DNA from: an uncultured Solibacteraceae bacterium | Lineage (GTDB): Bacteria > Acidobacteriota > Terriglobia > Bryobacterales > Bryobacteraceae | Assembly (NCBI GenBank): GCA_964529305.1 | Contig: CAZGUX010000128.1 | Location: 17,347-81,346, forward strand | Length of the DNA stretch: 64,000 nucleotides | Direction: 5' to 3' | Shown here: positions 17,981-27,107 of the stretch, piece by piece | Layout of the letters: every line of letters starts with the position of its first letter | Position numbering within the stretch: position 1 is the stretch's first letter | Position numbers and translations under genes: made by a program | The notes under the pieces: model-generated | Databases searched by the model: none | The model's input: the letters and a program-made list of their open reading frames with translations, nothing else | Told to the model about the DNA's origin: nothing

Positions 17981-19999
17981 TCACCGAACGGTCAGCCAGA
18001 CCGGCGATGACCAGGCCATCGCGATCCGCTCCCGAACCAGCGCGCGCTGCCGCAACCGGGCATAGTAGATCACGCTCCCTTTTGGCGCGCGGTCCGTGAA
18101 CCGGATCCGGACCTGCTCGCGTGCCGGCCTCTCCCGGTGAACGACCTCCCAACCCGGCCGCCCCCGTACGTGGCGGAGAACCTCGGCTTCGTCCACGATG
18201 TCGGTACCCATCGCCGTGAACTCGATCGGAACCTCGCCGCCGGATTCTTTCTGACTCCCCATCGCAGCGCCGCCTGCCCGGAAATCCAGCACGATGCGAG
18301 CGCCGGTGGTCCCATACGTCCGGCGCGCGTGGAGCGCATCGAAGATCGCCTCTCTCGTGAGCGATCGCGCCCGGACGGCCGCCAGCCCATAGTGGGGCTG
18401 CCCTGGGTGGGCCCGATGATCGTCGCTCGCCGCGATCGTGCTCAACATCAGCCCGCGCTCCCAAGCGCCCTGCGCCGACATTCCCGTCTTCGAGGTCTCG
18501 CTGGCGTTGGTGAACAGGCTTTGCTCGAACGCCAGGGGATGGCTTGGGTCGTTGGCCTCGCTCAATCCGTGCGCCGAGTAGATCTCGAAGTTCCGGCGCA
18601 AGGCGGCATCGTCAGCGCGGGACCAGTCGATGACGGCGGGCATCTTCATCGTGTGGTGAGGAATGGTCAGGGCCTCGCCTGCCCGGAGGGCCTTCCACAA
18701 GTCCGGAAGCGTCGCGCTTCCGGCGATCAGCCGTCCCGGTTGCCCGCGGAAATAGACGTTGTGATGCCCGTACGGCGAACCGAAGGAAGCTTCGTACGCG
18801 TGCAGGGTGACAAATTCCTCGGGAGCGTAGTGCCGCTCGGCGGTTGCCGTGTACTGCGGCCACTCGCGCGCGGTCAAGCCGCGCATCAGTTCCGTTGGGG
18901 CAACGCTGTGGTCGGTCATCGCGTAAAAGTCGAGACCGGAGATGCGGCGGGCGTACCCGTGGGCGCTGTCGGCTTCACCCACCGCATCCTGGACGCTGTA
19001 GCGGGTGTGGGAGTGGAGGTCGCCCCAGTACAGGCGCTCGGCGGGCGCGGTGGCCGTGACCACGATGGGATTGCTGACCCCCCGCAGGGCGCGCGAGGCT
19101 TCGGCCGCTTCGATGCGGACGATTCCGGGCTGTGTGGGCGTGAACGATGCCTCGGCCCATCCCCTGCCCGCCTCGAACCGCGCGGACCCGGCGATGCCGG
19201 CCTGTCCCTGCGCCACCCGAAGACCGATCTCCCCCGCGAGGCGGGTGGCCGGATTGCCGAACTCGTCGACCGCGGCAATGTGGAGTGGGACCGCTTCTCC
19301 CACCACGCCTTCCGACCGCGCCGTCACCAGCATCTCGACGGCCGGGGCCGCTTCCGTCCGCAGCACCGGCGTCCGGCTGTGCAGGCGGAACGTGTTCCTG
19401 CCTTCGGTGTCCAGGGCGAAAATCAAAGCGCGTGGGGGACCCGCCGTGATTCCCAGGCGAAAGCCCGGACTGCCTCCCGATCGGTCGCCATAGATCAACG
19501 TCAGCGTGTCCCCTTCGCGAAGGTCGCCGTCCTCGACGACTACACGGGTCACGAACGTGAAGTACCCGGTCCAGCGGTTCAGGTTGCTGCGCCGGTCTCC
19601 CTTCACGAGCGAGGTGGCCGGCTCCTGTTCCACGACCGTCCGGGGACGAACCTCCGGCCGTGAGCACCGGGCCGAGACATACAGCCCGTCGCGCGGGTCG
19701 CTGGCCTGCATGCGAAATCCCGAGTTCCGGATGCCGGCATGCCAGTAGTCGGGCAACTGCACCCGCACCCCGCCGCCCCGGCGGATGCCTCCGGCGCCAA
19801 TGCGATAGTTCAGGGTCCAGGTTCCCCATTCGCCGGCCACCCCGGAATCAGGCGTCATCGTGACCTCTCCAAGACTCGTGGGCTCCGCGAGAACCACCGT
19901 TCCGGAAAGGTCGTCTCCCCGTTGCTGTGCCACCAATACGGCCAGAAGGAGGCAGAAGGCGGCAATGAGGGGAAAGCGGCGTTTGGACACTCGGTGCAT
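17981..19999 (-). CDS. Secreted DUF3604-family protein (PHP/CehA-like metal-dependent phosphoesterase fold).
   Basis: 672 aa with a signal peptide. It has a YWGDLHSHT.. PHP-like metal-binding motif, plus HAYEASFG..HHNVYF and DDHRAHPG motifs typical of DUF3604. Confidence 0.65.
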   Translation of the reverse strand: MHRVSKRRFPLIAAFCLLLAVLVAQQRGDDLSGTVVLAEPTSLGEVTMTPDSGVAGEWGTWTLNYRIGAGGIRRGGGVRVQLPDYWHAGIRNSGFRMQASDPRDGLYVSARCSRPEVRPRTVVEQEPATSLVKGDRRSNLNRWTGYFTFVTRVVVEDGDLREGDTLTLIYGDRSGGSPGFRLGITAGPPRALIFALDTEGRNTFRLHSRTPVLRTEAAPAVEMLVTARSEGVVGEAVPLHIAAVDEFGNPATRLAGEIGLRVAQGQAGIAGSARFEAGRGWAEASFTPTQPGIVRIEAAEASRALRGVSNPIVVTATAPAERLYWGDLHSHTRYSVQDAVGEADSAHGYARRISGLDFYAMTDHSVAPTELMRGLTAREWPQYTATAERHYAPEEFVTLHAYEASFGSPYGHHNVYFRGQPGRLIAGSATLPDLWKALRAGEALTIPHHTMKMPAVIDWSRADDAALRRNFEIYSAHGLSEANDPSHPLAFEQSLFTNASETSKTGMSAQGAWERGLMLSTIAASDDHRAHPGQPHYGLAAVRARSLTREAIFDALHARRTYGTTGARIVLDFRAGGAAMGSQKESGGEVPIEFTAMGTDIVDEAEVLRHVRGRPGWEVVHRERPAREQVRIRFTDRAPKGSVIYYARLRQRALVRERIAMAWSSPVWLTVR

Positions 20000-20245
20000 A
20001 GGGCTAAACCCGTGACTGTATCAAACCTGGTGTGGCCCCTCTGGCGCTATCCGTTGATGCGTGACGGTTAGAACGACCCGCCAAGCCTGTTGACGTCAGC
20101 CGCCGTGACCCGCCCCCGACTCTTGGTGCAGCGGAAGAGCCAGACTCGGGCGCAGCGGTGAAACCTTTTCGCAGGACCGGCCATCTATCGCCATAGCGCA
20201 GGCATATAATTACAGATAGCCTCAGTTAGGCGTGGAGGTCGAAAG

Positions 20246-21847
20246 TTGTCCATGAGTTTCCTTGACACGATGCGAAGACAGAAGCTTCTTTCCTTTACCT
20301 TGATCCTGTTCACCCTGGCAGGGGGGATCCTGATCGGGACCCTGCTGGACACGGGAGTGAAGGCGGCGAAGGAGCAGACAGCGCCCGGAGCGAAGCCCCT
20401 GGTCATCCCGACCGCGGTCGAGATGCAGAACTCGTTTGCCCAGTTGGCGAAACAACTGGAACCGGCAGTCGTCCACATCGCGGTCAGTTCCGATCCGAAG
20501 CCGGCGGCTTCGGCGCGGCCGAGACAGCAGCCGCGCGGGCGCCAGATGCCCCAGGACGAGGAGGACATGAACGAGTTTTTCTACCGGTTCTTCGGATTTG
20601 GCAACCCCTATAGTGAAGGCCAGCGGCCCCAGCGCCGCGGCTTAGGCTCCGGCGTGATCGTCGATCCGAGCGGCTACATCCTCACCAACAACCATGTAGT
20701 CGAGAAGGCCGATCGAATCCAGGTCAGCCTCTATGAGGGGAAAGAGAAGTTCGACGCCAAGCTGATCGGGACCGATGCCGATACGGATCTCGCGGTGATC
20801 AAGATCGACGCCAAGAGGGCGCTGGCCGCGGCCAAAATCGGAAACTCCGACGGCATGCAGGTTGGGGATTGGGCGGTCGCGATCGGTTCGCCCTTCGGAC
20901 TGCAGGCTACGGTGACGGCGGGCATCATCAGCGCCAAGGAACGCACGATCGAGGGCGGCTCCAACGGCGGCCTGTTCCAGCGCTTCCTCCAGACCGATGC
21001 CGCGATCAACCCCGGCAACTCGGGCGGCCCGTTGATCAACATCCGCGGCGAAGTGATCGGCATCAACACAGCCATCGCCAGCGGCACCGGCGGATACCAG
21101 GGAATCGGGTTTGCGCTGCCGGTGAACACGGCGGTGAAGGTCTATAACCAGATCATCAAATCCGGCAAGGTCACGCGCGGCGCGATTGGCGTCATGTTTC
21201 AGGAGACAACGCCGGAGTTGCTCAAAGTCTATGGTGTCGATCAGGGCGTTGTTGTCCGCAGCGCGAATCCGGGAGGTCCAGCGGATAAGGCAGGTCTAAA
21301 GTCGGGTGACTTCATCACCTCGGTGGACGGCAAGCAGGTAAAGAGCGGCCAAGACTTGGTCAATATCATTTCCGACAAGACAGTCGGGTCCACGGCCACC
21401 GTTTCCGTCATCAGGGACGGGAAGAAGCAGGATTTCCAGGTCACGGTGGGCGATCGCGCGGCGATCGTCAACGGAGAGCGCAGTCTGCAAGCGCCGGAAA
21501 GCGAGTCAGAAGAAGAGAAGACGCCTGCCAAGTTCGGCGTGACGATCAAGGCTCTGCCGGCGGAACAAAAGACGGAGTTGGGCTTGAACGTCAAGGGCGG
21601 CGTTCTGGTCCAGGAAGTGACGCCGGGGTCCTTCGCCGATGACATCGGGATCGCGCCGAACGATGTGATCCTGTCCATCAACCGCAAGGAAGTGGCCTCC
21701 ACCGACGATGTGCGGAGAATCCAAGCGACTCTCAAGCCAGGCGATCCGGTCGCCTTCCAGGTGCTCCGGTCGGCGGGTCCCCTTGGGCGAGGCAGGGGCG
21801 AATGGACCAACCTGTTCCTTGCCGGAACGCTGAAGGAAACACAGTAA
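20246..21847 (+). CDS. htrA: Periplasmic serine endoprotease of the DegP/HtrA (Do) family with two PDZ domains.
   Basis: Trypsin-like catalytic triad context (GSGVIVDPSGYILTNNHVV.., DTDLAVIKI, GNSGGPLINIRGEVIGINTAI) followed by two PDZ-like segments. A GGAGG Shine-Dalgarno precedes the TTG/ATG start. A TATAAT -10-like hexamer lies at about 20205-20210. Confidence 0.9.
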   Translation: MSMSFLDTMRRQKLLSFTLILFTLAGGILIGTLLDTGVKAAKEQTAPGAKPLVIPTAVEMQNSFAQLAKQLEPAVVHIAVSSDPKPAASARPRQQPRGRQMPQDEEDMNEFFYRFFGFGNPYSEGQRPQRRGLGSGVIVDPSGYILTNNHVVEKADRIQVSLYEGKEKFDAKLIGTDADTDLAVIKIDAKRALAAAKIGNSDGMQVGDWAVAIGSPFGLQATVTAGIISAKERTIEGGSNGGLFQRFLQTDAAINPGNSGGPLINIRGEVIGINTAIASGTGGYQGIGFALPVNTAVKVYNQIIKSGKVTRGAIGVMFQETTPELLKVYGVDQGVVVRSANPGGPADKAGLKSGDFITSVDGKQVKSGQDLVNIISDKTVGSTATVSVIRDGKKQDFQVTVGDRAAIVNGERSLQAPESESEEEKTPAKFGVTIKALPAEQKTELGLNVKGGVLVQEVTPGSFADDIGIAPNDVILSINRKEVASTDDVRRIQATLKPGDPVAFQVLRSAGPLGRGRGEWTNLFLAGTLKETQ

Positions 21848-21851
21848 CGCG

Positions 21852-22382
21852 ATGACGCTCAGAACGATTCTGGGCAGAGTTGCGGTGGTGGTTTGCGGAG
21901 CGGCGGTCCTTGTGGCCGCCGTTCCCGCGTCGTCGCGCAAGTCAACTCCCGCGCGCACATCGAAGACGGCGCCGAAGACAATCAGCCAGTCGAAGACCCC
22001 GCCGCGGAAGACGGCGACGAAGAAATCGGCCGTTTCGAGAAGCCGCCCGATGGCGGCAAGCCGGGGTAAGAAAACCGGACCCGTAAGGCGCTCGAAGGCC
22101 CCCGTCTACCGGCGGTCGCTCCAATCGGCGCCAACCCCCGATCGGTATCGTCAGATTCAGGAAGCGCTGCAGGCGAAGGGACACTTTGCGGGGACCCCGA
22201 ACGGCTCTTGGGGCGCCGACTCGGTAGACGCGCTGAAGCGCTTTCAGCAGGAGCAGAGTCTGGAACCGACCGGGAAGATCAACTCGCTCTCGCTCATCGC
22301 GCTGGGTCTGGGGCCTAAGCACGAGAAGGTGGCCGTCCTGCCGCCCGCGCCGTCCGAATCATCGCCGTCAGGCGCCCGATAG
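21852..22382 (+). CDS. Peptidoglycan-binding (PG_binding_1) domain protein with a basic low-complexity linker.
   Basis: After a signal/TM segment comes a K/R/S/T-rich tail. The C-terminus matches the PG-binding domain pattern (YRQIQEALQAKGHFAGTPNGSWGADSVDALKRFQQEQSLEPTGKIN). Confidence 0.7.
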   Translation: MTLRTILGRVAVVVCGAAVLVAAVPASSRKSTPARTSKTAPKTISQSKTPPRKTATKKSAVSRSRPMAASRGKKTGPVRRSKAPVYRRSLQSAPTPDRYRQIQEALQAKGHFAGTPNGSWGADSVDALKRFQQEQSLEPTGKINSLSLIALGLGPKHEKVAVLPPAPSESSPSGAR

Positions 22383-22399
22383 ACGGCTTGTTGCGCTCG

Positions 22400-22472
22400 G
22401 CTTCGAACCGCGGGCGTAGGCCGCGGGTTCTGCGTTGTACAACCCGCGGGCTCACGCCCGCGGTTCGGAGCG
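22400..22472. repeat. GC-rich nested palindromic (REP/BIME-like) element, CCGCGG-core family, copy A.
   Basis: cgaaccgcgggcgt..acgcccgcggttcg forms a 14-bp outer inverted repeat. It encloses gccgcgggtt..aacccgcgggc. The element is intergenic, between the PG-binding gene and the 3' end of the MFS gene. Confidence 0.6.
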
Positions 22473-22512
22473 ATATGAAGGCGCCCCGCTCAACGCGCGC
22501 TACCTTCGCCGC

Positions 22513-23865
22513 TTATCGCCCTTTCCACAGGTGCTCGATCTGTTCGAGGCTGCGCCCCTTGGTCTCCGGCGTCTTCTTCCAAACCAGCCAATAGGTCACC
22601 AGGCACATCGCGGCATAGAGCCAGAATGCACCGGTGGGCGTGATCGCGGCCGAGAGCGACAGAAACGTCATGGTCAGGGCAAAACAGGCAGCCCACAGCG
22701 AGACGGTCGCAATCGACATCGCGCGGCCCCGCACGCGATTGGGGAAGATCTCCGACAGCACCACCCACACGCAGGGACCCATGCCCACCGCGAACGCCGC
22801 GACACACAACAGCATGGCCGCCAGCACCAGCATCGCCGGTGGAGGCGACATCAGGAATGCCGCGCCCAACGCGAGTTGGCACGCCGCCATCGCCGCGGAC
22901 GAAATCATCAGCAGCGGCCGACGGCCAAACTGATCGACGAATCGAAGCGCCACCAGCGTCGCCACCAGGTTCACCACGCCGATCAGGACATTGGCGCCCA
23001 ACGCCGAAGAGTCCGATTGTCCCCCGACATACTGTTTGAAGATCACAGACCCGTAGAACAGCACGGTATTGATGCCCGTCACCTGCTGGAGGATGGCCAG
23101 CCCCACGGCGATCGCGAGGGCTCGCCGGTTCCCGGGCTGGAGCAGTTCGGCAAGTGTCCCCGATTCCTCGGCGACGGCCTTCCGGATCTCGTCGAGTTCA
23201 ATGGCGGCGCGGGCATCGCCGCCGACGCGGCGCAGCACTTCCAGCGCCTGGTCATCCCGCTTCTGCTCCGTCAGCCAACGCGGGCTCTCCGGCACAAAGA
23301 ACAACGCGACGAAGAACAGGATCGAAGGGACGGCCGCCGCGGCGAACATCCATCGCCAGCTTTCCGGGCCCAGATACGACAGCGACCAGTTCACCAGGTA
23401 CGCGAGCAGGATTCCCGTCACGATCGCCATCTGGTTCAGCGAGACCAGGCGGCCGCGCATTTCCGCCGGAGCCACTTCGGCAATGTAGACGGGAGCGAGC
23501 AGGGAGGCTGCGCCGATCGCGATCCCTCCGAGGAATCGGGCCGCGCCGAACTGCGCCAGCGTCTGCGGCAGCGCGGCGCCTACCGCCGACACCGCGAAGA
23601 GAATCGCGCACCACACCAGCGTGCGGCGGCGGCCGAAGCGGTCGCTGAGCCAACCCGCGATCGCCGCGCCCGCCACGCATCCCACCAGCAGGCTGCTGGC
23701 GGCCGCCTCGGTCTGCATCTCCGACAACTGGAAGTGCTGGCGCAGATAGAGGATGGCCCCGTTGATCACCGCGATATCGAAGCCGAACAGGAGTCCCGAA
23801 ATCGCCGCGACGGACGAAATCAGGTAGGCATAGCCGCGATTGGGGCGGCTCGGAGGGGGCGGCAT
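22513..23865 (-). CDS. Sugar-porter-family MFS transporter.
   Basis: 450 aa with 12 TM helices and sugar-porter signatures (GLLFGFDIAVINGA, GRRRTL, PESPRWL, ETKGRSLEQIE). Confidence 0.85.
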   Translation of the reverse strand: MPPPPSRPNRGYAYLISSVAAISGLLFGFDIAVINGAILYLRQHFQLSEMQTEAAASSLLVGCVAGAAIAGWLSDRFGRRRTLVWCAILFAVSAVGAALPQTLAQFGAARFLGGIAIGAASLLAPVYIAEVAPAEMRGRLVSLNQMAIVTGILLAYLVNWSLSYLGPESWRWMFAAAAVPSILFFVALFFVPESPRWLTEQKRDDQALEVLRRVGGDARAAIELDEIRKAVAEESGTLAELLQPGNRRALAIAVGLAILQQVTGINTVLFYGSVIFKQYVGGQSDSSALGANVLIGVVNLVATLVALRFVDQFGRRPLLMISSAAMAACQLALGAAFLMSPPPAMLVLAAMLLCVAAFAVGMGPCVWVVLSEIFPNRVRGRAMSIATVSLWAACFALTMTFLSLSAAITPTGAFWLYAAMCLVTYWLVWKKTPETKGRSLEQIEHLWKGR

Positions 23866-24020
23866 GGTAGCCTTTCATCCTCGGAGAGGAGTACACCGGA
23901 GTCAATGGCTCGATCGGGCTCCAACAAAGCAATCGTGCTCGCAGAGTACTTCTCGGGTAGGACCCATACTCCGTTTGGGGGGTAGTCACGTGGACTCGTC
24001 AGACCCTACAATCGGGGTGA

Positions 24021-25046
24021 TTGCGAGCTTCCACAGAGCCCGGGGTGTGGATCAGCCCAAGATGCCCGCTCGCCCTCCGCTATGAGGACGGGCTGTTTCG
24101 GCAAATTAACCAGGAAGTCACGGAGAGCTTTCTGGCCTTCCGCAAGGGTGGGCTGGAAACGGGCGGACTTCTGTTCGGACGGGTGGTCGGGGACGAGATC
24201 TCCCTGATCGCGCATCGGCCGATCGCGTGCGAGCACGCGCTGGGACCCGGCTTCGCACTCTCCGAAGGCGACCGGGAGCGTCTGGCGCAGTTGCTGCGCG
24301 AATGGCCGCGCGACCCCGCTCTGAACGGACTGGAATTGGTGGGCTGGTATCGGTCCCGCACTCGCGGCCCGCTCACACCGGCGCCGGACGACCTGTCCTT
24401 TCATCAGGAGTTCTTTCCACAACCGTGGCAATCGCTGCTGGTCTTGAAGCCAGACCTTGGTTTTCCGACGCGCGCAAAGGTCTTTTTTCCATCCGAAGAA
24501 GGAGTCCTCGATCCGGACGGCGGCTTTGACGACATCGAACTCGCTGCCGTGAAACCTCGTCCACGCGCGCAGGATGAAATTCCAATGATGATGCCGGAAG
24601 CCGCAGCCTCCGTGCCCGCCGCGATGCCGGTCGAGGATGACGGGGAGAATGGAGTGCCGGAGCACCGGAAGCACACGTCCCGTGTGTGGATGCTCTTCTC
24701 GTCCGTTGCCGCGGGACTGCTGGCGCTTTCGTTCTGGTGGCCGCCCACCCGCAAGCTGGGCCTCGAAATCACGGACCGGAAGGGACAGCTTCACATCCGG
24801 TGGGACCAAAGGTCCCACTGTGTTGTCGGAGCGCGCGGCGGGCGTCTCGAGATCAAAGACGGCGCTTCGCGCGTCACCTCCGAATTCGACTCCGCCGGCC
24901 TCCGCGACAGCAGCGTCTACTATGTGCGGCGATCCGGAGAGGTCGAAGTCCTGCTCGTGGTCGAGACCAGCCAGGGCGCGGTCGGAGAGCGTATGAGGCT
25001 CGCCGGACCGGGGCCTGCCCGCCAAGTCCTCTTTGACTCTCGTTAA
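24021..25046 (+). CDS. Membrane protein with an N-terminal catalytically dead MPN/JAB-like domain, one TM helix and a C-terminal beta-rich domain.
   Basis: The MPN-like fold signature is present (ETGGLLFGRVVGDEISLIAH..LELVGWYRSRTRG..APDDLSFHQEFF..LLVLKPD), but the JAMM His/Ser/Asp ligands are replaced (HSHP becomes RSRT). A TM helix (WMLFSSVAAGLLALSFWW) follows, then a beta-rich domain. It lies immediately upstream of cas10. Confidence 0.5.
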   Translation: MRASTEPGVWISPRCPLALRYEDGLFRQINQEVTESFLAFRKGGLETGGLLFGRVVGDEISLIAHRPIACEHALGPGFALSEGDRERLAQLLREWPRDPALNGLELVGWYRSRTRGPLTPAPDDLSFHQEFFPQPWQSLLVLKPDLGFPTRAKVFFPSEEGVLDPDGGFDDIELAAVKPRPRAQDEIPMMMPEAAASVPAAMPVEDDGENGVPEHRKHTSRVWMLFSSVAAGLLALSFWWPPTRKLGLEITDRKGQLHIRWDQRSHCVVGARGGRLEIKDGASRVTSEFDSAGLRDSSVYYVRRSGEVEVLLVVETSQGAVGERMRLAGPGPARQVLFDSR

Positions 25047-25085
25047 ATGCAGTTGCTAGACTATTGACTTCTCAAGCCGCTAGGC

Positions 25086-26546
25086 ATGTCCGAACAGATT
25101 CTCCTGAAAGGTAAGTTGCTGGGCATCGAGGAGTTCTTAACTTCTCCGCACAGCCGTCAGGGCGCATGGAGCGACGAAGGCGTCGTCATCGGGCGCGCGC
25201 AGTGGATCACCCTCCTCAGCGAGGTGTTGCCCCGGGCGTTGCTCGCCGAGTTGGGCCTGGCGCGCATTCTGCTGGGGTCGAGCGGGGGCGGGCAGTTCCT
25301 GGTGGTGCTGCCGGACGCGTCCGTCGATGCCGCAAATCAATTTCTACGCGCCGCGGCCGCCGGCATCGCGCACCTCAGCGGAGGGCATATCGAGTTGGTG
25401 TGGGCGTCCACGGAGAATCTCGGCGACTGGACCGTGGTCCGAAAGCGGCTCAACGATCAACTGCACCGCTGGACGGGAACCCCGGTGACGAATGCGCAGC
25501 CGGAGTTTTTTCAGCCGTTTGTCGAGCCCGAGCGGGAGGACACTTCCTCCTATTTTGCCGAGACCCTGGGGACCCGCATCCGCGAGGCCGCGTCGGTCGG
25601 CTGGTCGCCCGACGCCCCCGGCCGCATTTGCGCCAACGAAGGCAAGCACACCTGGCGGCTCACGCCGAACATCTCGAGCGATGGCATTACCGTGTCGCGG
25701 CACGCCGCGCCGGGCGACGACGCGGGGTCGGCCGCCGATGCCCGAACCCTGGCCACTCGCGCGACCGGGCGGCCGCTGTGGGGTGTGTTGCGCGGCGACG
25801 TCGATGATTTCGAGTTCCGCCTCCGCCGGGTCCAAAGCATTGAGGAGTACGTGCCGCTGTCGGTGCTCTACAAGCAGTTTTTCGCCGGGGAGCTGGAAGT
25901 GCTCTGCTCCCTACCGGAGTTCTGGCGGAGCGTCACCATCCTCTATTCGGGCGGCGACGACTTCGCGGTGTACGGAGCATGGGACTCGCTGGTGGCTCTG
26001 GCGCGCGAGATGCAGCGGCTGTTCCACCGCTTTACGGAAGAGAACCTGAAAGAGTTCCCCGGAGCCGAAGGCAAGACCATCTCGATGGCGATCGCCGTGG
26101 CCGAACCCGAAGAAACTTCGCTGGCCGCGGTCTATCAGGAGGCCGGGCGGCTGCTGTCCCGAGCCAAGGCCGCCGACAAAGACTGCATCTATCTGCTGGG
26201 CCGCGTCCTCGAGTGGAAGCAACTCGCCGACGCGGCCGAACTCAAAGACGCGATTACGCGCATGATTTCCGACCGCCGCGCCTCCCGGCATGTTGTGCCG
26301 GAGTTGCTCAGCCTGTACGGAAAGATCGCTGCGGCGGGATCGGGACCGGCCGACACCGCCGTGGAACGCGTCTGGCGCTTTCAGCGCCGCCTCCATGTGA
26401 TTCTGGGAGGAGGCAGGGAAAAGGAATTTCAGAAGCTGCGTACGCATCTCTCCGGCGAACTCGCCGGACGGAAGTCCACTCATGTGAAACTCCGTCCGTC
26501 GGGTCTGGTCGCGCTCGAGTGGGCGCGGCTGACCGTGGGCGAATAG
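25086..26546 (+). CDS. cas10: Compact Cas10/Csm1-like cyclase subunit with two palm domains and an intact GGDD motif, but no HD nuclease domain and no zinc finger.
   Basis: 486 aa. Palm1 is degenerate (ILLGSSGGGQFLVVLPD). Palm2 is canonical Cas10 (ILYSGGDDFAVYGAWDSLVALAREMQRLF..GKTISMAIAVAEPEETSLAAVYQEAGRLLSRAKAADKDCIYLLGRVLEWKQL). It is followed by csm2-csm3-csm4-csm5 in type III-A order. There is no H..HD motif and no 4-Cys treble clef. Confidence 0.75.
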   Translation: MSEQILLKGKLLGIEEFLTSPHSRQGAWSDEGVVIGRAQWITLLSEVLPRALLAELGLARILLGSSGGGQFLVVLPDASVDAANQFLRAAAAGIAHLSGGHIELVWASTENLGDWTVVRKRLNDQLHRWTGTPVTNAQPEFFQPFVEPEREDTSSYFAETLGTRIREAASVGWSPDAPGRICANEGKHTWRLTPNISSDGITVSRHAAPGDDAGSAADARTLATRATGRPLWGVLRGDVDDFEFRLRRVQSIEEYVPLSVLYKQFFAGELEVLCSLPEFWRSVTILYSGGDDFAVYGAWDSLVALAREMQRLFHRFTEENLKEFPGAEGKTISMAIAVAEPEETSLAAVYQEAGRLLSRAKAADKDCIYLLGRVLEWKQLADAAELKDAITRMISDRRASRHVVPELLSLYGKIAAAGSGPADTAVERVWRFQRRLHVILGGGREKEFQKLRTHLSGELAGRKSTHVKLRPSGLVALEWARLTVGE

Positions 26547-26567
26547 GCGACGACCGAGTGAATCTCT

Positions 26568-27050
26568 ATGGCTGACCAGCAAAGACCACCAAGGCCTCCC
26601 CGTGAGGGGCGGGAGCCGCGCGAGCAGTTCGGGCCGGGCGGAGGCAACCGGGACCGGGATCGCGACCGGGATCGGGATCGCGACCGGCGGGACCGGCGTC
26701 CGGAAGGTCCTCCGGAAATCGACCTCGAGAAGCTGATCGCCGATAGCCTGTATCTGGACAATCAGGCCCACGGCGTCGTCAGCCGCATGCGCGATATGGA
26801 TTCGGGCACCAAGAGCCAGTTGCGGCGGCTCTACAATGCCGTCCGGCGCGCCTGCCGCGCTCCGGAATCCGAACGCCAGCATCAGTTCGTGATGCTGCGC
26901 GCGCGGCTGGCGTATACCATCGCACGTCACTCCCTGCGCAGTCTGGATCAATTGGAAAAGCTGCTGCTTCAGGTGACGCGCAAGAACGATCCGCGCGGTT
27001 ACGAACGCTTCAAGGATTTGTTTGAAGCCATCGTCGCCTATAACGAATAG
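26568..27050 (+). CDS. csm2: Csm2 (Cas11 small subunit) with an N-terminal Arg/Asp dipeptide-repeat extension.
   Basis: The alpha-helical core matches Csm2 family motifs (TKSQLRRLYNAVRR, LRARLAYTIARHS, FKDLFEAIVAY). The first ~45 aa are low-complexity, ending in RDRDRDRDRDRDRRDRR. Confidence 0.8.
   Translation: MADQQRPPRPPREGREPREQFGPGGGNRDRDRDRDRDRDRRDRRPEGPPEIDLEKLIADSLYLDNQAHGVVSRMRDMDSGTKSQLRRLYNAVRRACRAPESERQHQFVMLRARLAYTIARHSLRSLDQLEKLLLQVTRKNDPRGYERFKDLFEAIVAYNE
26640..26700 (+). repeat. Tandem GAC/CGG/GAT/CGC hexanucleotide-type coding repeat that produces the (RD)n tract of Csm2.
   Basis: gaccgggatcgcgaccgggatcgggatcgcgaccggcgggaccggcg lies in-frame within csm2. Confidence 0.7.
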
Positions 27051-27107
27051 GCGCCGTGCCAGGCGAGGCTCTCGAGAGCCCGCCACTGTGAGTAACGAGG
27101 AATTTCC

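Noticed and set aside
24021-26546. The idea that the 341-aa and 486-aa ORFs are two halves of a split or frameshifted full-length Cas10.
   Set aside because: The upstream ORF has MPN-like motifs and a TM helix, not HD or palm features. The two ORFs are in different frames, separated by a clean stop and a 40-bp gap. The downstream ORF already contains both palm domains.
26640-26700. Short tandem repeat, considered as a possible CRISPR array for the orphan csm module.
   Set aside because: It is an in-frame hexanucleotide codon repeat inside csm2 that encodes (RD)n. There are no spacers. No other regularly spaced 25-40-bp direct repeats were seen in any intergenic region of the window.
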